Origin: an uncultured virus (IMG/VR IMGVR_UViG_3300021964_000020)
Taxonomy: Duplodnaviria; Heunggongvirae; Uroviricota; Caudoviricetes
DNA: 57,714 nucleotides
Direction: 5' to 3' (one strand)
Virus record (IMG/VR): IMGVR_UViG_3300021964_000020
Each line of letters starts with the position of its first letter. The stretch's first letter is position 1. The notes under the pieces were generated by a model. It was not told the origin of the DNA and did not search any database. It saw only the letters and a list, made by a program, of their open reading frames with translations. Of the stretch, positions 49,943-57,714 are shown piece after piece. Made by a program: the position numbers and the translations under genes.

Positions 49943-50965
49943 TTAAATAATTAGTATGTCACCACTTTCGGTGTAAATGGTATCAGTTTTTCCATCACCA
50001 TCAGAATCGTCATCAAAATAGATAGTACTCTCACTAAATGGTAGTATTTCTGTTTCTTCACACGGATCCTGACATTCAACTATATCGTAGTATGGTTTTA
50101 CCTGAGTTATGTAGTGGTGTTTCACCTCCAATGCATTTAGAGGTTGTTCAATGTATTTTATTGTTTTTAAGTTAAATGAAGTGGTTCCGACATGAATATT
50201 ACCCGAACCTGTGGTTCCCCCACCCCACGACTGTATGAAGGGTTGGAACCCTCTTTTCGACGGTACTATCTCTTCCCAATTATCTATTTTATATATGGGC
50301 CAACCATTTAGGTATATTTTAAGAATACCCAAACGAGCGTACCTCTCATCATTCCAATCCTTATTTAATTCTTCCGTATACCTTATCGATTCTGTGGAAC
50401 CCGATAAAACAACATCAGATGCGTTCATTATAGTATCTCCCGTTATTAGGTCATTCCATCCACCCGCATTTTCTATTTCACATTCGGTGTGTCTTAGGTG
50501 ACGATCAAATACAACAGTGATATTAAAATCTTTAGAAGTTCCATTAGAACATAATATGGGTGTTACCCCTGAGTCTATATAAAAAGTTTCTTGGTATGAT
50601 TCATTAACACACGATCCCGAATACCTATATGCCTGCCACTTAATTCTACCATCAGAAGTAAAAGAAAATGATAAATTGTTATCAGCGTATAAGTACGGGT
50701 CATTCTCATCCCTAACACCAAAAAAATAGAAAACACTCCCAAGAGACCACGGTAGATTTTCTCTATTGAAAACAAAATCTAATGTCCACCCCTTTTCCGT
50801 TCTTCTATCGATTAAGAAATCACAATTATTGGTACCACCATGAGTGTTGAATTTATATGCCCATGGTCTCACATCTAAAGTGGGATCAATAGGACAACAA
50901 TCACCCGATAAGGTTGATTGACATTCAATTAAATTGGTACTAAAACCTGATATCTCCAATGACAT
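49943..50965 (-). CDS. Structural protein, possible LamG/concanavalin-like fold
   Basis: Beta-rich: 'GWTLDFVF', 'FNITVVFDR', 'LKIYLNG', 'IKYIEQPLNALEVKHHY' (LamG-like end); TATTTATA box upstream. Confidence 0.55.
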   Translation of the reverse strand: MSLEISGFSTNLIECQSTLSGDCCPIDPTLDVRPWAYKFNTHGGTNNCDFLIDRRTEKGWTLDFVFNRENLPWSLGSVFYFFGVRDENDPYLYADNNLSFSFTSDGRIKWQAYRYSGSCVNESYQETFYIDSGVTPILCSNGTSKDFNITVVFDRHLRHTECEIENAGGWNDLITGDTIMNASDVVLSGSTESIRYTEELNKDWNDERYARLGILKIYLNGWPIYKIDNWEEIVPSKRGFQPFIQSWGGGTTGSGNIHVGTTSFNLKTIKYIEQPLNALEVKHHYITQVKPYYDIVECQDPCEETEILPFSESTIYFDDDSDGDGKTDTIYTESGDILII

Positions 50966-51031
50966 TTTTACTTTTCTATATAAATAGTAAAAACATCAGT
51001 TATTTTAGTTGTAATCTAAAAAATTTAGACC

Positions 51032-53965
51032 TTAGTTAAAGGTTACACTATGTACGTGAGAATGTCCATCATAAAGGGTATAACCATTGTCACTACCACC
51101 TAATTGTGCTGGAAGTGTTGATGTTGATGTACCACCTGATGGCCAATTACCCAAACACACTTTATTAATTGCGGTAACAAACGGTAGTCCCGATACCATT
51201 GCGGTTCTATTATCAGATAGTGACTTAACCGCTCTATAATAAGGACCACCATAACAACCAATCATAAAATAGGTTTTTTCGGGGATTGTAATATTATTTG
51301 AAATATCCGAGTACTTCATAACACCCGAATAATAATTACCATATATCTGTGTAGTTAATTGTTGAACACTTTGCCAATTACCGATGGTATCTTGCGAGTT
51401 TGATCCAACATAGAACCATGTCCATGAATTAGACCCGTTTGTATGTGGTTGTAACCCTATGTTTTGCGTACCCGATGTTAATGTCACTTCTTGGTGGGCA
51501 TAATATAACTGCCACACAAAGTTGTTTGTGTCAAATGCATCTGTAGTTGTCACACCATCTCTCGATGAATAAGCATCAAATAATGTACCCGTTGTATAAG
51601 ACACTGCAGTACCCACACCACCATCGGGAGTTGGTGTCGATTTAAACGGATCAAAATCAACTATGGTTGGACAAGTACATTGAGTCGTGTCTATTGAATA
51701 TACTGTAAATCCTGTAACGACCTCCCCATTGTTGAGTACGGGGGCAAGGTTGAATTGGTGGTTATGATCACCGTGAGCCATGGTTTCAGCACCCACATAA
51801 ACGGTACCCATGTCACCTCGGGCTTGACCTGAAACCACATAATCACATTCGGCACTGTCAGGTTGAGTATATTGGTCATCAACCCACAAGGATAATTTAA
51901 ATTTAGTACTATCGGTCAGTTGAACATTTAAATATTGTACCGTTGTTGTACATGTTGGTGTTGGTTCGGGGGTAGGACTTGGGGTTGGTAATGGAGTACT
52001 GTACTGTCTAACTGTAATAATCGAATTGTCCTGTACAGGAATTGTATTACCAATTGTAAATGTAATGTCCGTTGATGTATAAGTTGTAACATCCAATTCA
52101 CCATCCACATACACGTAAATGTTCTTAGGACTATTTTGACTTTGGAAATCATATACAATTTGTAACCCAACCAAACCATTCGTGTGAGATAATCCCGTTA
52201 GCGTTGTATTTTCGTTTGATGACATTGGGAAATCTCCCGTATCATACACGTTAGTATTAACATAAATGCGACTAACAGTCAAACCATTTAAATCATTGTA
52301 AAAATTTAGTTGAACGTTATTGTTTGGTGTGGGTTCGGGCGTTGATGTTGGTTGTGGTGTCGCGGTTGGAGGTTCTGTTGCGGTTGGCATTGGTGTGGGT
52401 TGTTCCGTTGCCGTTGGATTAGGTGTTGCGGTTGGATTCTCTGTTACTGTGGGTATTGGTGTTGGTTGTGGTGTTGAAGTGGGTTCGGGTGTTGGTGTCG
52501 ATGTAGGTGAAGGACATGTCACGTTAAATGATTCGTACCTTGTTACAACACCATTAAAATCAGTTTCAATTATATGTTCGGTTGAACCCTGTACCCAAAT
52601 GCCGTTAGGTGCGTTGTTTGTACCAAAGTATTGATTGGTCACCCAACTTTGATTACTTGATATATTATTTGGATTGTAGAATTGGGTACCCACACCTAAA
52701 GTACCATAATATTGACTTATAATATAGTTCCCCACTAACGCATTACATGTTGCTTCTGATAACTCTGAAAGGGTTAAACCACTCCAAGATAAAGATCCCA
52801 TTCCCAAACTGTAATTAAACGATAATGGGATGTCATTTAAGACCTCTGTTGCCGTCGGGTTTGGTGTTGGTTCGGGGGTTGATGTGGGGTTCGGTGTTGG
52901 TGTTGGTTGTTCAGTTACCGTTGGCATTGGTGTAGGTTGTTCTGTTGAGGTTGGAACAGGTGTTGCCGTTGGGTTCTCCGTCGCAGTTGGATTAGGTGTT
53001 ACCGTTGGATTCGGTGTCGGACAAAGAGGTAATTGAGTGATATCGGTTATGGTCCCGTTTTCATCGGTGGTAATCCACCTATAATCCGTCATTGTATTGA
53101 ACGTACCGAAAGTAGTTTGCTTAAAATGTAAGAAGTTATCATTAGAATACGGGGTACCATCATTAATGTTCGTAATAACATCACCTATATTAGGGATTTC
53201 AGAAACATTCCCTGTTGTTGTTTTAGTAAGGTCAAAAACAATTTGGTTAATATCGTTATCACATATAAATGAATATATTGTCCCGTATGATTGTTCAACA
53301 AATGGTCGTATAAGTTCATTAAGTGTGATTGGATTATTAGAATTCGGATTAAATGATGAGACCACCCCCAAGAGTATCGGTATTTGAGTTGATGTTGGTA
53401 TAGGGGTTGATGTTGGTATAGGGGTAGATGTTGGTTCGGGGGTTGATGTTGGATTAGGGGTTGCCGTTGGATTCTCTGTCGCCGTTGGGTTCGGAGTACT
53501 TGTCGGTAGTTCTGTTGATGTTGGTGTTGGGGATGGTGTTATACAATCCTTATATCCACATACTTTAAAATAGTGTGTCTCACCCGTATACCCCGTATAA
53601 GTGAATACGTCATTATTTAAAATGAAATTTTTATATGCATGTAGTATGTTACCCTCACTATCTTCAATATTAAAATGTTCTGTAAAATCTTCGAATCTTA
53701 TGGTTTCGGTTATCCCCGAATATACGTAGTTAGGGTCGTTAGGTGTGTTATCAATCTCACATAACTCAACGCAAATCTTTAATATTGAATCATTCGTCAG
53801 GTTATTTTGAATCGCGATATCATAACCAATCGGGTTTGTAAAATCAATGACTTTAGGGTCATAATCCCCATCAAAACCCGCAATTTCGTAGTCATACGTC
53901 TCCGAGTTATCAAGTTCTACATCCAAACTTATACCTAAATTTCTTAAAATATCCTGACTATTCAT
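51032..53965 (-). CDS. Multidomain Pro/Thr-linker protein (977 aa), probable virion appendage
   Basis: About six globular segments separated by PT-repeat linkers; TATTTATT box 5 nt upstream. Confidence 0.75.
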   Translation of the reverse strand: MNSQDILRNLGISLDVELDNSETYDYEIAGFDGDYDPKVIDFTNPIGYDIAIQNNLTNDSILKICVELCEIDNTPNDPNYVYSGITETIRFEDFTEHFNIEDSEGNILHAYKNFILNNDVFTYTGYTGETHYFKVCGYKDCITPSPTPTSTELPTSTPNPTATENPTATPNPTSTPEPTSTPIPTSTPIPTSTQIPILLGVVSSFNPNSNNPITLNELIRPFVEQSYGTIYSFICDNDINQIVFDLTKTTTGNVSEIPNIGDVITNINDGTPYSNDNFLHFKQTTFGTFNTMTDYRWITTDENGTITDITQLPLCPTPNPTVTPNPTATENPTATPVPTSTEQPTPMPTVTEQPTPTPNPTSTPEPTPNPTATEVLNDIPLSFNYSLGMGSLSWSGLTLSELSEATCNALVGNYIISQYYGTLGVGTQFYNPNNISSNQSWVTNQYFGTNNAPNGIWVQGSTEHIIETDFNGVVTRYESFNVTCPSPTSTPTPEPTSTPQPTPIPTVTENPTATPNPTATEQPTPMPTATEPPTATPQPTSTPEPTPNNNVQLNFYNDLNGLTVSRIYVNTNVYDTGDFPMSSNENTTLTGLSHTNGLVGLQIVYDFQSQNSPKNIYVYVDGELDVTTYTSTDITFTIGNTIPVQDNSIITVRQYSTPLPTPSPTPEPTPTCTTTVQYLNVQLTDSTKFKLSLWVDDQYTQPDSAECDYVVSGQARGDMGTVYVGAETMAHGDHNHQFNLAPVLNNGEVVTGFTVYSIDTTQCTCPTIVDFDPFKSTPTPDGGVGTAVSYTTGTLFDAYSSRDGVTTTDAFDTNNFVWQLYYAHQEVTLTSGTQNIGLQPHTNGSNSWTWFYVGSNSQDTIGNWQSVQQLTTQIYGNYYSGVMKYSDISNNITIPEKTYFMIGCYGGPYYRAVKSLSDNRTAMVSGLPFVTAINKVCLGNWPSGGTSTSTLPAQLGGSDNGYTLYDGHSHVHSVTFN

Positions 53966-54018
53966 ATTCTAATAAATATCTTTCATAACATTTGATATTT
54001 ATAATTAAACTACTTTGT

Positions 54019-54762
54019 ATGAATAATTTTTTAAAACAGGTAATTGAAGAGAAATTTGTGTCTAAAGCACAACAGCGTTTTTTCTATGCTAAAGCCAACG
54101 AAAAGGGTTTAAGTAAGAAAGAAAAAAAGAAGTGGGAAAAGTACGCAAGTGAATTTTCTAAAGACACCAACTACGACGAGATTCCCGATAAAGTCACAGA
54201 CGAAGAGAAGGAAGTCGATGAAATCGTAGATGCAAAAGGTAACATCAAGAGAGGGTCTAAGGCGACCGATTTCCATGCTAAGGGAACAACATCAAAAAAG
54301 ACCACAGACAAGACCGCTAAGGCGGTGGGTGGATCCCAAGGTACTCATGGAGTACACGGAACACACACATCACTAAGATATTGGGCAGAAACCGATATGA
54401 GTAAATCGTTAGGGTACGACGACACTTTAGGTGATGATGAAAACTTTAAAAAGGCATACAAGCATTTCACTAAAACATTAAAGTTAACTCACGATGACGC
54501 AATGAAACGACTTGAGGATATGGGTTATGATGAGAAGTTACCTGAAGATAAAGTGAGGTTGGTTGAAAATCCAAAAAAATTTATGAAGGACTATGTTGAA
54601 ACTGTCCTTACAAAGAAAAGTGAGGATAAAGACATTGTAAATGATAGTAAGAAAGATATTAACCCAATTATAAAAAGACAATTAATGTCTTTAAAAAACA
54701 CATTAAAGAATAACAATCTGACATTATCGGATATAAAAGATTTTATAGAGGGAAATGAATAA
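54019..54762 (+). CDS. Hypothetical basic protein
   Basis: Start reassigned to ATG 54019 (MNNFLKQVIEEKFVSKAQQRFFYAK), downstream of TATTTATA at 53996-54003. Confidence 0.75.
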   Translation: MNNFLKQVIEEKFVSKAQQRFFYAKANEKGLSKKEKKKWEKYASEFSKDTNYDEIPDKVTDEEKEVDEIVDAKGNIKRGSKATDFHAKGTTSKKTTDKTAKAVGGSQGTHGVHGTHTSLRYWAETDMSKSLGYDDTLGDDENFKKAYKHFTKTLKLTHDDAMKRLEDMGYDEKLPEDKVRLVENPKKFMKDYVETVLTKKSEDKDIVNDSKKDINPIIKRQLMSLKNTLKNNNLTLSDIKDFIEGNE

Positions 54763-55243
54763 AGATCTTAAAGATAGAGTTTTTAAAATCCCTGATGATG
54801 TGTTTAATCAAATACATAAAACATTCACATCATTAAGTGATAAAACCATTGATGGGACCCAAAGGGCTAAAAATCTCTTGAGGACTAAAAACGTTACTTA
54901 CGCCCAAATCAAAAGGATTATTCACGATCTCGAGAATGGTGACCCAAATTCCACACAATTTCAATTGGCGGGAGGACAACCTATGTTAGATTGGGCAAAA
55001 TCCTTTCTTAATGGTGAGAGACAAATGATCAAAAACAACAAGACATCACAAAAAAGGGCAAACAACATTGCCCAAATTAATGATATCAGAAAAAATCCTT
55101 TCCTAAAAAAACACACAAAAAAGAAGAGAGACTACTCAATCCCAACAAATATGATGAAGTCTAATTCTGATAAAACATCTGTAACACCAATCTCATCGTT
55201 TGGGATTTTTGAAGAGATAGAAAGAATTAAAGGATTACTATAA
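54755..55243 (+). CDS. Hypothetical protein
   Basis: 162-aa ORF overlapping both neighbours; ends IFEEIERIKGLL. Confidence 0.75.
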   Translation: MNKDLKDRVFKIPDDVFNQIHKTFTSLSDKTIDGTQRAKNLLRTKNVTYAQIKRIIHDLENGDPNSTQFQLAGGQPMLDWAKSFLNGERQMIKNNKTSQKRANNIAQINDIRKNPFLKKHTKKKRDYSIPTNMMKSNSDKTSVTPISSFGIFEEIERIKGLL

Positions 55244-56187
55244 TGGCAAGTCAAATAGATCAAATATCAGGTCAGTTTAGAAATGAGGCATTGGCGAGAA
55301 ATAACTACCAAGGAAATAAAAGATACGATTCTAATCACCCTAACGCATTATCTGATGGAGATGAATTAGGTAAGGGTGAAAATAATGGTAAGATTGGTTC
55401 ATCGAGTGATATATCTAACAGACTTGATTCGATGAGTAGAAATAAATATGGACCTGATAATGGGTATGGGGTTGAGAATCCAAATGCAATATCCGATGGT
55501 GACGAATATGGTAGAGGTGAGAATATGGGTCAAATAGGAACATTCACCGATATTAACCAAAGACAAGAACATATTAAAAGAAATACCTATAATGAAAATA
55601 CGGGATACGGTGTTAACCACCCTAATGCAATATCTGACGGAGATGAATTAGGTAAAGGTGATAACAACGGAAAAGTCGGTGGATTAACTGATAATAATAC
55701 TCGAATAGATAATGTCGCGAGGAATACTTATAACGAATCCAACGGATACGGAGTTAACCACCCCAATGCAATATCTGACGGAGATGAATTAGGTAAAGGT
55801 GATAATAATGGTCAAGTTGGGGGTATAACTGATATTAATACTCGTGGAGATCTATTAGCGAGAAACAAATACAATAATGATTTAAATGGATACAACACTA
55901 ACCACCCCAACGCATTATCTGATGGTGACGAAAAGGGTAAGGGAGAAAATAATGGCCAAGTTGGTGGTTTAACTGACATCAACACTCGTATTGATAATCA
56001 ATCGAGAAATATATATGACCTAAATAATGGTTATGGATCCGTCCACCCCAATGCATTGTCTGACGGCGATGAAAAAGGTAAAGGTGAGGATAATGGTAGT
56101 GTAGGTTCTAAAACAGACATCAGTCAAAGAACTGATGGTTTGAATAGAAATTTCTATAGTGATAAGAAACAGTATCCCGATTTTTAA
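55243..56187 (+). CDS. Tandem-repeat protein (six ~47-aa repeats with core PNA[LI]SDGDExG[KR]G)
   Basis: Repeats are directly visible in the translation. Confidence 0.85.
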   Translation: MASQIDQISGQFRNEALARNNYQGNKRYDSNHPNALSDGDELGKGENNGKIGSSSDISNRLDSMSRNKYGPDNGYGVENPNAISDGDEYGRGENMGQIGTFTDINQRQEHIKRNTYNENTGYGVNHPNAISDGDELGKGDNNGKVGGLTDNNTRIDNVARNTYNESNGYGVNHPNAISDGDELGKGDNNGQVGGITDINTRGDLLARNKYNNDLNGYNTNHPNALSDGDEKGKGENNGQVGGLTDINTRIDNQSRNIYDLNNGYGSVHPNALSDGDEKGKGEDNGSVGSKTDISQRTDGLNRNFYSDKKQYPDF

Positions 56188-56873
56188 TGAAATTAATTAA
56201 AGACATATATAACTTCTTAATCGGTGAACAATCCGAACCTAAATTGGCGAGTAGACCAAAATCAATCGCCAATGCAATAAAAAAGAGACACCCCGTTAGT
56301 TTTTTCTATAATGGACCACGAGGTGAAGTACAAGCGGGTAGAAGGATTAAAGCGGAAATGGTTGCTTTAGGGATATCCAAAAAAGGTAAGATGATTGTAA
56401 GGGCGTGGGTACAACCACCCTCAAGATCTAAAACAGGATTTGAAAAAAACAATTGGAGAACTTTCCTACTTTCCCGAATGACCCAAATAGAGATTTTTGA
56501 TGAGGAAACATTCGATGTTAAAAGACCCGGTTATAAGGAAGGAGATGATAACTCAATGATCACCACATATGTCACATCTGATTGGTCAACCAAACCCGAA
56601 CCACAACCACAAGACACTACATCACAAGAACCGACACAACCAAAACCCGAACCTCGGGATACCGACACTTCGGATACTGACACATCGGAACCTGAACAGT
56701 CTGTTGAACCTCAGAGTGATGAATTACCACAACCCGAACCCGAAAACACACCAAGCATGGAACCACCAACCGCGGATGATGTGGAAGATGATGAAGAGGA
56801 TGAAAACGAGGATAATAACTACGACGGTTTAAACGAAAGTATCAAAAGAATTAAAGAATTACTTTATAATTAG
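56187..56873 (+). CDS. WYL-like domain protein with an acidic Pro-rich tail
   Basis: 'AIKKRHPVSFFY.G....GRR.....ALG.......VRAW...WRTFLLSRM..I' follows the WYL pattern. Confidence 0.7.
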   Translation: MKLIKDIYNFLIGEQSEPKLASRPKSIANAIKKRHPVSFFYNGPRGEVQAGRRIKAEMVALGISKKGKMIVRAWVQPPSRSKTGFEKNNWRTFLLSRMTQIEIFDEETFDVKRPGYKEGDDNSMITTYVTSDWSTKPEPQPQDTTSQEPTQPKPEPRDTDTSDTDTSEPEQSVEPQSDELPQPEPENTPSMEPPTADDVEDDEEDENEDNNYDGLNESIKRIKELLYN

Positions 56874-56912
56874 AAATATAAATCTTATATTTTAAAAAGA
56901 CTATTTATAAAC

Positions 56913-57512
56913 ATGTCAGAAAAACAAGGACCCATATCAACAGACGATTTAATGTCAAGATTAGTTAACGCTAAAAAAGTCATGACCGCAGTAGATGGTG
57001 GTGATTATAAGTCAGGGACTATCGATCCAACCGCATTAACACAAGTCACCGAAAACCTAACTTCGGAACCAACATCAAAAGACGTTTCAAAAAGAAATGT
57101 TGCGTCTAATGTCGTTAATGAGGATAAGATTAGAAACTCTAAATTACCTGACAGTATAAAAAACGCAATGATTAATAACCCAATACCAACTATGGATCAA
57201 ATATCTTTAAGTGATGGTATTGATATGTCATTTGTAGAAGGGGCAAAAAAACTAATGGAGAGAGAGGGACTAAGTAAAAAACAACCTGTTATTCAACAAA
57301 CACAACCTAAACAACAAATCAACGAATCTACTTCAGATATAAAATCTCTAATTAGAGAGACAATCAAAGATACTTTAGAGGAAATTGTAGATCGTAAATT
57401 AGAACTTCTTTTAACCGCATCAAAAACTGCGTCGGTAAATGAAACCTTAGTTCTTAAGGTAGGCGATTCAATATTCAAAGGTAAAATCACGGGTGTAAAT
57501 AAAGCCAAATAA
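56913..57512 (+). CDS. Hypothetical protein
   Basis: 199 aa; TATTTATA box 3 nt upstream. Confidence 0.75.
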   Translation: MSEKQGPISTDDLMSRLVNAKKVMTAVDGGDYKSGTIDPTALTQVTENLTSEPTSKDVSKRNVASNVVNEDKIRNSKLPDSIKNAMINNPIPTMDQISLSDGIDMSFVEGAKKLMEREGLSKKQPVIQQTQPKQQINESTSDIKSLIRETIKDTLEEIVDRKLELLLTASKTASVNETLVLKVGDSIFKGKITGVNKAK

Positions 57513-57515
57513 GGA

Positions 57516-57544
57516 TTGATTTCATCACTTTTTTTTCTTATATT
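57516..57544 (+). promoter_or_regulatory. Early-type promoter TTGATT-17-TATATT
   Basis: TTGATT (57516-57521), 17-nt spacer, TATATT (57539-57544). Confidence 0.7.
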
Positions 57545-57564
57545 TTGATATATAGCTTGAATAT

Positions 57565-57714
57565 ATGTCAAAGATAAGAGTACTTGCCATTTCACCTGAT
57601 CAACATGGTGTCGGCAAATTTAGAATTATGGATCCATACCTCTTTATTGGTGATAAACACTCTGATGAAGTGCATGTGGATATTTCATATGGTGTCTCTG
57701 ACGACGACATTTCA
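57565..57714 (+). CDS. Probable glycosyltransferase N-terminus (partial, runs off the right edge)
   Basis: Not in the track. MSKIRVLAISPDQHGVGKFRIMDPY... resembles the start of phage GT-B glycosyltransferases; only 50 codons are visible. Confidence 0.5.
   Translation, partial: MSKIRVLAISPDQHGVGKFRIMDPYLFIGDKHSDEVHVDISYGVSDDDIS

Larger units (their letters stand above)
5366..56909. promoter_or_regulatory. Dispersed putative late-promoter motif TATTTAT(A/T) on the coding strand (15 copies)
   Basis: Before minus-strand genes at 5366, 7712, 17431, 28132, 29986, 31513, 34589, 36582 (TATTTATG variant), 44078, 49933, 50979, 53971; before plus-strand genes at 39493, 53996, 56902. Confidence 0.75.

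Noticed and set aside
44100..53965. Diversity-generating retroelement acting on the fibre genes
   Set aside because: No reverse transcriptase and no TR/VR pair with adenine-specific mismatches seen in this window.
1..57714. Stop-codon reassignment, as found in some large and Bacteroidota phages
   Set aside because: Conserved genes are full length in the standard code, and TAA, TGA (e.g. 1435) and TAG (e.g. 14148, 56873) all end genes.

Overview
A 57.7-kb, AT-rich, gene-dense fragment of a large tailed phage (myovirus, distantly T4-like gene set). It carries a contractile-tail module (sheath, tube, tail chaperone, tape measure, hub, LysM wedge, gp25/gp6-like baseplate, neck and tail-completion proteins). 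Interleaved with it are replication genes (family B DNA polymerase, DnaB-like helicase, 5'-3' exonuclease, RecA/UvsX, gp32-like SSB, class Ia NrdAB, SNF2 helicase). There is also a cluster of long Pro/Thr-linker 'beads-on-a-string' proteins, one with a trypsin-like protease domain. The starts I inspected lack Shine-Dalgarno motifs and two promoters have TAnnTTTG boxes, which suggests a Bacteroidota host (inference). The main observations: (1) a probable programmed +1 frameshift (UUU_UUU_CGC) extending the tail chaperone into an uncalled 51-aa frame just upstream of the tape measure gene; (2) two promoter classes readable from the sequence, TTGnnT-17-TATATT before replication/non-structural genes and TATTTATW before structural genes, the latter at about 3/13/33 nt from the ATG; (3) a candidate ~130-nt structured ncRNA bounded by a promoter and a terminator between tube and sheath; (4) a three-way-junction RNA between ssb and recA; (5) paralogous modules joined by near-identical PT-linker DNA; (6) a shared E(E/S)IxRIKxLL tail on neighbouring hypothetical proteins. 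All protein calls come from motif recognition and synteny; no database search was run.
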